Source: Candidatus Nanobsidianus stetteri (GTDB lineage: Archaea; Nanobdellota; Nanobdellia; Nanobdellales; Nanobdellaceae). From it: DNA of 32,000 nucleotides. A model generated the notes under the pieces. The model was not told where the DNA came from. It saw only the letters and a list, made by a program, of their open reading frames with translations, and did not search any database. The stretch lies in the NCBI GenBank assembly GCA_000387965.1, contig APJZ01000003.1:43014-75013 (forward strand). The letters are read 5' to 3'. Shown here in pieces: positions 27,252-32,000 of this stretch. Positions within the stretch are counted from its first letter, which is position 1, and each line of letters begins with the position of its first letter. A program made the position numbers and the translations under genes.

Positions 27252-27360
27252 TTTTTATTATCAATTAAATTCTGTATATGTTAAATTAAGTAAAAATACA
27301 GTCCTAGGTTAAAAGGTCAACATTATAACTTTTAAGTACAATTTAGATAAATAATTTATA

Positions 27361-27726
27361 ATGAAAAAGATAGGTGATGTAGAATTAAGATTGGCAAAAG
27401 GACCCGTTCCACATTATAAAGAATTAAAAGAATTAGAAAGAAGTATAGTAAAAGTAATTATTGAAGAATTCGGGACAGAAGAATTAATAAAAAGATATTC
27501 AAATCCATTATGGTTTAATTCTTTAGCATGTTTACTTGGATTTGAATGGAATTATTCTGGAATGACTACTGTAACTCTAAAAGCATTAAAAGAAATATCT
27601 ATAGAAGATAATCTGCCAATAATTGTTTTAGGAGGAAAGGGAAAGGATTCTAAAATAACTGAAGAGATAGAAACTAAAGATATAAAAGACAAATTAAAAG
27701 ATAAGATAAAGGTTTATTATCAATAA
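27361..27726 (+). CDS. truncated duplicate of the N-terminal part of the gene at the right window edge (possibly DUF763-like N-domain)
   Basis: 121 aa. Its 3' 50 nt (27663-27712) are the exact reverse complement of 31951-32000. Homology decays after that point, and a stop follows 5 codons later. The DUF763 family recall (WF..L....GF.W..SG.TT...ALKE) is from memory and is tentative. Confidence 0.55.
   Translation: MKKIGDVELRLAKGPVPHYKELKELERSIVKVIIEEFGTEELIKRYSNPLWFNSLACLLGFEWNYSGMTTVTLKALKEISIEDNLPIIVLGGKGKDSKITEEIETKDIKDKLKDKIKVYYQ
27663..27712. repeat. left arm of perfect inverted repeat
   Basis: AGAGATAGAAACTAAAGATATAAAAGACAAATTAAAAGATAAGATAAAGG equals the reverse complement of 31951-32000, checked base by base. 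Confidence 0.95.
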
Positions 27727-27800
27727 GAAGAAAAATAAAAGAAGATAAAATTATTGTATATTTAAAGACTACAGATATTGAATATGAATCTTCAATAGTA

Positions 27801-27808
27801 TTTTAAAA
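27801..27808 (+). promoter_or_regulatory. TATA-like box for tRNA-Val
   Basis: TTTTAAAA is centred ~28 nt upstream of the mature tRNA 5' end. Confidence 0.35.
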
Positions 27809-27832
27809 TTTTTACAAAAATATTAAATGAAA

Positions 27833-27905
27833 GGGACCGTGGTCTAGTGGCTATGACGCCACCCTTACAAGGTGGAGGTCCGGGGTTCGAATCCCCGCGG
27901 TCCCA
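27833..27905 (+). tRNA. tRNA-Val (anticodon UAC), no intron, no encoded CCA
   Basis: Hand-folded cloverleaf. The acceptor stem is GGGACCG/CGGTCCC, the anticodon stem CCACC/GGTGG with loop CTTACAA, and the T arm CGGGG-TTCGAAT-CCCCG, with discriminator A. It is 47/73 G+C by my count. Confidence 0.9.
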
Positions 27906-27937
27906 AAATTTATAAACAATTTTTATAAAAATTTTAA

Positions 27938-28576
27938 ATGCCAGAAATATCATTATTAGAAAAATCTACTGATAAATATGCAGTCGATAAAGATGAGAAA
28001 ATATATAAGTTAAAATTATTGATAAGAGATGTAACCCCGAATTTCTTAAATGTTTTAAGGAGAGCAATACTGGAAGAAGTAAAAACATTGGCAATTGAAG
28101 ATGTTTATATTATAGAAAATAATTCTGCAATATGGGATGAAATGTTAGCACATAGATTGGGTTTGGTTGTATTAAATACTCCTGAAAATATTAAAGAAAA
28201 TGAAGAAATAAAATTTTATTTAGAAAAAAATGAAAAAGGATATATATATGGTTCTGATTTAAAGACTGATAAAAAAGACGTATATGTAGTTTATCCAGAA
28301 ACAATGATTGCATATATTGATGAAAATCAAAAGGTAAAATTAGAAGCTGTCGCAATACTTGGTAATGGAAAACAACATGCAAAATTTATACCTGGACATG
28401 TTTATTATTATAGAACTGGAGAATTGAAATTAGAAGGAAAATTAGATGAAAAGGAATTGGAAAATTTAAAATTGTTAGGAGTAGAAATAAAGAAAAATAA
28501 AATACAAATACCAAAAGAAAAAGAATATGATAGAACTTTTTTAGATTCAATATTTCGAAATCGGAAGTTATATTAG
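27938..28576 (+). CDS. rpoD: DNA-directed RNA polymerase subunit D (Rpo3)
   Basis: 212 aa with FLNVLRRAILEEVKTLAIEDVYIIENNSAIWDEMLAHRLGLVVL and GKQHAKF motifs. I could not find the usual C-terminal F-x-x-E-S/T-x-G motif. Confidence 0.8.
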   Translation: MPEISLLEKSTDKYAVDKDEKIYKLKLLIRDVTPNFLNVLRRAILEEVKTLAIEDVYIIENNSAIWDEMLAHRLGLVVLNTPENIKENEEIKFYLEKNEKGYIYGSDLKTDKKDVYVVYPETMIAYIDENQKVKLEAVAILGNGKQHAKFIPGHVYYYRTGELKLEGKLDEKELENLKLLGVEIKKNKIQIPKEKEYDRTFLDSIFRNRKLY

Positions 28577-28721
28577 AACCTGCCATAAATGTTAATCCAT
28601 TTTCTTCAGATAATCTAATATAATATTTATCTCTTACACATTCTATATATGTACCTTCTCTATATTCTCCTCCACTTATTTTACAAAACATCTCAAATTC
28701 TTTTTTAATCTTATTTTCCAT
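28386..28721 (-). CDS. small hypothetical protein (extent uncertain)
   Basis: 111 aa. Its start is coupled to the upstream DUF59 stop (TAATG). The first ~48 aa lie outside rpoD. The F/L-rich remainder is antisense to the K/E-rich rpoD 3' end. Confidence 0.35.
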   Translation of the reverse strand: MENKIKKEFEMFCKISGGEYREGTYIECVRDKYYIRLSEENGLTFMAGSNITSDFEILNLKKFYHILFLLVFVFYFSLFLLLTILNFPIPFHLIFLLISILQFYNNKHVQV

Positions 28722-29017
28722 TATATTCCCAATTGTTTTCTTACTTCTGGGCTTACTCTATCCAAACTCCATTTATTTTCAAAATCTATCTCTATTTTTG
28801 AATTATCATATATATTTAATTCTTTCAATTTTTCATCTATTTGTTCTAAAATTGCGGATATAAATGGACAAAGAGGGGAAGTAGGTAAAAATTTTATAGT
28901 ATATATTCCATTTTCTTCTCTAACATCTTCTATTTCTCCTAAAGATACGATATCATATCCAAGTTCTGGATCTGTTACTTCTCTTAATTTATTTAATATA
29001 TCTTCAATTTTTACCAT
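28721..29017 (-). CDS. DUF59 / SufT-MIP18-like Fe-S assembly-related protein
   Basis: 98 aa with VTDPELGYDIVSLGEI and a conserved Cys in PTSPLCPF. Confidence 0.7.
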   Translation of the reverse strand: MVKIEDILNKLREVTDPELGYDIVSLGEIEDVREENGIYTIKFLPTSPLCPFISAILEQIDEKLKELNIYDNSKIEIDFENKWSLDRVSPEVRKQLGI

Positions 29018-29982
29018 TTCTTTGTTTTAATATATAGGAAAGCACTATATGCGGCTACAGCACCTTGTGCTGCTGATGTAACAACCTGTCTTAAATTACA
29101 TATTTGTATTGTTACATCTCCTGCAGCAAGCAATCCTACAACATTTGTTTTTCCACATTGATCTACAACTATATGTCCACTTTCATCCATATTTACATTT
29201 AAACCTTTAACTATTTCAGATAATGGGACTAATCCTATTGCTACAAATAACCCATCCAATTTCATTGAACTTATTTCTCCTGTTTTTGTATCTTGTAAAA
29301 CTACTTCTTCAACTTTTTCTGTTCCTTTTATTTCCTTTACAACTTTATTTAATATGAATTTAATTTTTGGATTCTTTTTTGCTTCTTCAACTTCTACAGG
29401 ATCTGCCCTAAATTCATCTCTTCTATGAATTATATATACTTCCTTTGCATGTTGAGCAAGTACTTGAGCATCGTGGAATGCACTATTTCCTCCTCCAACT
29501 ACTCCAACTATTTTATCTTTAAAAAGTGGAGCGTCACATTCTGCACAATATGATACTCCCTTTAAATTCTCTCCAGGAACACCCAATTTTCTTCTTTGAG
29601 AACCAGTTGCAATTATAACTGCTTTTGCAATAAATTCTTTACCTAGATTTGTAAGAACTTTAAAGTTTCCATCAGGTAATTTTTCAATTCTAGCAACACT
29701 TTCTAACAATGTTTTTGCACCATATTTTTCTGCATGTTTTTTAAACAATTTTCCCATTTCAGACCCTCTAAAGTTTTCCAATCCAGGATAGTCATCAATA
29801 ATGTTTGCATCATTTAATGTTCCCCCAACATCTTTTGTTATTACTAATGTTTTTAATCTATATCTTCCACAGTATAATGCAGCAGTATAGCCTGCAGGAC
29901 CTCCTCCTACTATGATAACATCCCATTCTTTATCTAAATTCTCTACATTAGATACATTACTTAATGATAAACTTATAGGCAT
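29011..29982 (-). CDS. trxB: thioredoxin reductase (low-Mr FAD-dependent pyridine nucleotide-disulfide oxidoreductase)
   Basis: 323 aa. It has the FAD motif GGGPAGYTAALY, the redox CxxC (CAECDA), the second dinucleotide motif GGGNSA, and a C-terminal GD motif. Confidence 0.9.
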   Translation of the reverse strand: MPISLSLSNVSNVENLDKEWDVIIVGGGPAGYTAALYCGRYRLKTLVITKDVGGTLNDANIIDDYPGLENFRGSEMGKLFKKHAEKYGAKTLLESVARIEKLPDGNFKVLTNLGKEFIAKAVIIATGSQRRKLGVPGENLKGVSYCAECDAPLFKDKIVGVVGGGNSAFHDAQVLAQHAKEVYIIHRRDEFRADPVEVEEAKKNPKIKFILNKVVKEIKGTEKVEEVVLQDTKTGEISSMKLDGLFVAIGLVPLSEIVKGLNVNMDESGHIVVDQCGKTNVVGLLAAGDVTIQICNLRQVVTSAAQGAVAAYSAFLYIKTKKW

Positions 29983-30005
29983 AGAAAAAATTTGTCTAAA
30001 AATTT

Positions 30006-30455
30006 TTATAAATATAATCCTTGATAATTTGAGAAAATAGATATTTTAACTGCCATTTTAACACCTTTTCCTATATTTGCTAATTGATACAAATTCCAAT
30101 CATTTGTTATCATCTCTATTTTATCATCTAAGTCGTGATCTTGTAATATTTCTACTGGTTTTCCTTTTATGTATTTTTCTAATTTACTATATTGAGGTCC
30201 TATATAAGAAATGTCAAAAATAGTTCCCTCTAATCTATATGAATCAAATATTTTTTTGTTATAATTTGATAAATTATTTATAATTTTTTTGTAAGAATAC
30301 TTAGGAACATAAATGCTACCAATTACTTTAAATGGGTTTTCCAAATTTTCAATATTTATATATGAAGCTCCAGATATTTTAAGGATATATAGATCCGCAC
30401 TTATCGCCGTTATTGGCCCATCTTCTATATTAAATAATTTATAGTTACCCAACAT
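30006..30455 (-). CDS. hypothetical protein within the redox operon
   Basis: 149 aa ORF with no recognisable motif, flanked by PDO and trxB on the same strand. Confidence 0.45.
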   Translation of the reverse strand: MLGNYKLFNIEDGPITAISADLYILKISGASYINIENLENPFKVIGSIYVPKYSYKKIINNLSNYNKKIFDSYRLEGTIFDISYIGPQYSKLEKYIKGKPVEILQDHDLDDKIEMITNDWNLYQLANIGKGVKMAVKISIFSNYQGLYL

Positions 30456-30492
30456 AAAAATCCAATATATGTTGAAATTTATAAAAATATAC

Positions 30493-31197
30493 CTATTTAG
30501 AAGCCTTTTCTAAACTTTCTTTTATTTTATTAGCGAATATTTCCATTTCCCCAATAGCCCCCTCCCATTCTGTTAAAACATTTCCATCTTTATTTATTAT
30601 TGCAATATGTGGTACACCATATACTTTAAATTTTTCAGCAAATTCTGGAAATTCATATGATTCAATCATTATTCCTCTAATATTACTTTTTACCATTGCA
30701 AATTGATGAGAATGATGTGTCATATATGGACAGTACGGACATGTTGGAGTTACAAATACATATATATCTATTGGTTCATTTATTGATGCTAGTTTCTTTG
30801 CTGTAGCTCCATCTATATCAAAATGTTCATTTGATACATGTATTATATCTTCTAAAAATATTGGAAATTCTTCTCCAGATGGTAATCCATAATATATAAT
30901 TCCCGGATATTTTTTGAATACAAATATTGGACCTCTCCTATTTCCATACTTATCTATTAACAAATTTTTACTTTTCATTTCTTCCTCTACTTTTGGATCA
31001 TATGCATCTAGGAATTCAAACTTTATCTTATCATTTATTTGCATTAATAGTTCTCCAATTTTCTTTGCAAAATCACTAGTTTCCTTATTATTTTTTTCAT
31101 CTAAGTATACAGTTATTTCTACTGGGTTCTTCAAGTTTTTATCAAACATTTCTTTTAATGCTTTTTTGTCATCTTCACTTAAAATTTCCTCAGCCAT
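30493..31197 (-). CDS. thermophile-type protein disulfide oxidoreductase (two thioredoxin-fold units)
   Basis: 234 aa with a CPYC active site in the C-terminal unit (VTPTCPYCPYM). Its size and layout resemble archaeal PDOs. The N-terminal unit has no Cys. Confidence 0.75.
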   Translation of the reverse strand: MAEEILSEDDKKALKEMFDKNLKNPVEITVYLDEKNNKETSDFAKKIGELLMQINDKIKFEFLDAYDPKVEEEMKSKNLLIDKYGNRRGPIFVFKKYPGIIYYGLPSGEEFPIFLEDIIHVSNEHFDIDGATAKKLASINEPIDIYVFVTPTCPYCPYMTHHSHQFAMVKSNIRGIMIESYEFPEFAEKFKVYGVPHIAIINKDGNVLTEWEGAIGEMEIFANKIKESLEKASK

Positions 31198-31233
31198 TTA
31201 ATAATATATGATATCCATTATTTTATAAATTTA

Positions 31234-31905
31234 TCATATATTTATTAATTCATTTAATTTTCTCAAAGATCTTAATTTAAAATTATTATTAACTTTTGCT
31301 TCTTCAATTGCATTCCTTAATAATTCTGCTTCTTCTAACATTAATGTTCTTTTAACATAATATGGTTTTCCAACTTTTGTTCCATGTGCAAATGTATATA
31401 TTATTGGATCTTTCCATGATAATTCACTTCCATATATTATTTTTGCGGTATATGCCAGTGCTCTTAACAATCCAGGTCCAAAACCTTTTATAAATAATAA
31501 ATCTTTGAAATTTTCTACAGTCCTATTAATTTCCAATGCTTTCCAATATATTTTATCTGGTATCTTTAAATAGTAAGGTAATTCCTGATAAAATATATAA
31601 TCATTGTTTTCTTTATTAATATATTTTAATATAGTATTATTTTTATTTTGATATGATTTTAATCTTATTATATATTCTTTTATTTTTTCTATTCTCTCAT
31701 CATTAATTATTTCTAAAATATTCTTCCTTAATTCTTCAGATTCTTTTGATGATAAATTTAATGTTTTTGTATTTGACCCAAAACCAATTTGGGAATCATC
31801 AAAATAATTTATATTTATCCAATGAAATCTTCTGACTTTTTGTTCTTTTATTGACATTTTTTGATTTATAATAGTCATATTACTTTTTTCATCAGAAATT
31901 TCCAT
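31234..31905 (-). CDS. C-terminal part of a conserved protein (HhH-like GFGPGLLRALA; possibly DUF763 C-domain)
   Basis: 223 aa. Its ATG (31905-31903) lies inside the last codons of the upstream partial ORF, which is in another frame. It contains WKDPIIYTFAHGTKVGKPYYV. The family call is tentative and from memory. Confidence 0.55.
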   Translation of the reverse strand: MEISDEKSNMTIINQKMSIKEQKVRRFHWININYFDDSQIGFGSNTKTLNLSSKESEELRKNILEIINDERIEKIKEYIIRLKSYQNKNNTILKYINKENNDYIFYQELPYYLKIPDKIYWKALEINRTVENFKDLLFIKGFGPGLLRALAYTAKIIYGSELSWKDPIIYTFAHGTKVGKPYYVKRTLMLEEAELLRNAIEEAKVNNNFKLRSLRKLNELINI

Positions 31906-32000
31906 CTTGAATTAAATAGTTATCAACTTTTGCAGAAGTTATTGATACATCCTTTATCTTATCTTTTAATTTGTCTTTTATATCTTTAGTTTCTATCTCT
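31892..32000 (-). CDS. 3' end of a partial ORF running off the window (full copy of the N-terminal part duplicated at 27361-27726)
   Basis: Manual translation of the minus strand gives ...EIETKDIKDKLKDKIKDVSITSAKVDNYLIQDGNF*, with the TGA at 31894-31892. It is identical to the 27361 ORF through ...KDKIK. Confidence 0.6.
   Translation of the reverse strand, partial: EIETKDIKDKLKDKIKDVSITSAKVDNYLIQDGNF
31951..32000. repeat. right arm of perfect inverted repeat (truncated by the window end)
   Basis: Reverse complement of 27663-27712. It probably continues beyond nt 32000. Confidence 0.95.

Noticed and set aside
27877-27897. The tRNA-Val T-arm as a target of the candidate sRNA D guide, which needs UUUCCGGGUUCU.
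   Set aside because: The tRNA reads GGUCCGGGGUUCG, with four G instead of three and different flanks. The pairing would be imperfect, so the target, if any, lies elsewhere.
1591-31201. Short ORFs antisense to or nested in strong genes: 1591-1815, 1736-1927, 7630-7842, 10432-10653, 11656-12081, 12893-13141, 13786-14028, 14305-14514, 23116-23424, 28191-28382 and 30914-31201.
   Set aside because: Each lies entirely within a well-supported conserved gene on the opposite strand or in another frame. Their products are F/L/I/S-rich low-complexity strings, as expected from the antisense of K/E/N-rich AT-biased coding sequence. No independent start context was seen.
1-32000. A scan for CRISPR arrays, IS elements, transposases or integrases, rRNA genes, inteins in rfcS, and split or intron-containing tRNAs.
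   Set aside because: I saw no regularly spaced direct repeats, no recombinase-like ORF and no rRNA-like G+C-rich stretch. rfcS is 322 aa, an intein-free length. The only tRNA is contiguous.

Overview
Extremely AT-rich, tightly packed archaeal chromosome segment. It is dominated by information-processing genes: ribosomal proteins uL4-uL23-uL2-uS2, aRF1, CCA-adding enzyme, RadB, TFE, RFC large and small subunits, RpoD and tRNA-Val. It also carries a FlaI/FlaJ-type surface-filament assembly pair, a second FlaJ-like gene, two TatD hydrolases, ExoIII, an aldehyde dehydrogenase and a PDO/thioredoxin-reductase redox operon. Several traits fit a genome-reduced, thermophilic DPANN/Nanoarchaeota-like organism (inference only, no search possible): a 64% G+C tRNA in very AT-rich DNA, a thermophile-type protein disulfide oxidoreductase, a stand-alone C-terminal gatE fragment, and scrambled ribosomal-protein gene order. 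The stand-out region is a ~2.6 kb compositionally foreign island (about 19.1-21.7 kb) between rfcL and the rfcS block. It holds three orphan, apparently all-helical ORFs on the opposite strand to their neighbours. Each ORF is preceded by its own copy of a ~68-nt conserved cassette, consisting of two ATARTWAC boxes 21 nt apart followed by a TATA box centred ~26-27 nt before the ATG, which implies leaderless mRNAs. One of the ORFs carries an 81-nt in-frame tandem repeat. I could not assign a function to this island, and it is my best candidate for an undescribed co-regulated accessory module. The second notable structure is a perfect 50-nt inverted repeat (27663-27712 vs 32000-31951) that runs off the window edge. 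It duplicates the 5' part of a gene and brackets a 4.2 kb segment containing tRNA-Val, rpoD and the redox operon. The intact-looking gene copy is itself broken by a frame change at 31892-31905. Other leads are a candidate C/D box sRNA (24872-24927), paired TTAAC-N5-GTTAA operator-like elements upstream of tfe, a paralogous pair of P/Q/N-rich coiled-coil proteins, and a NIKS->NIKD change in aRF1. No CRISPR array, transposase, integrase or rRNA was seen.
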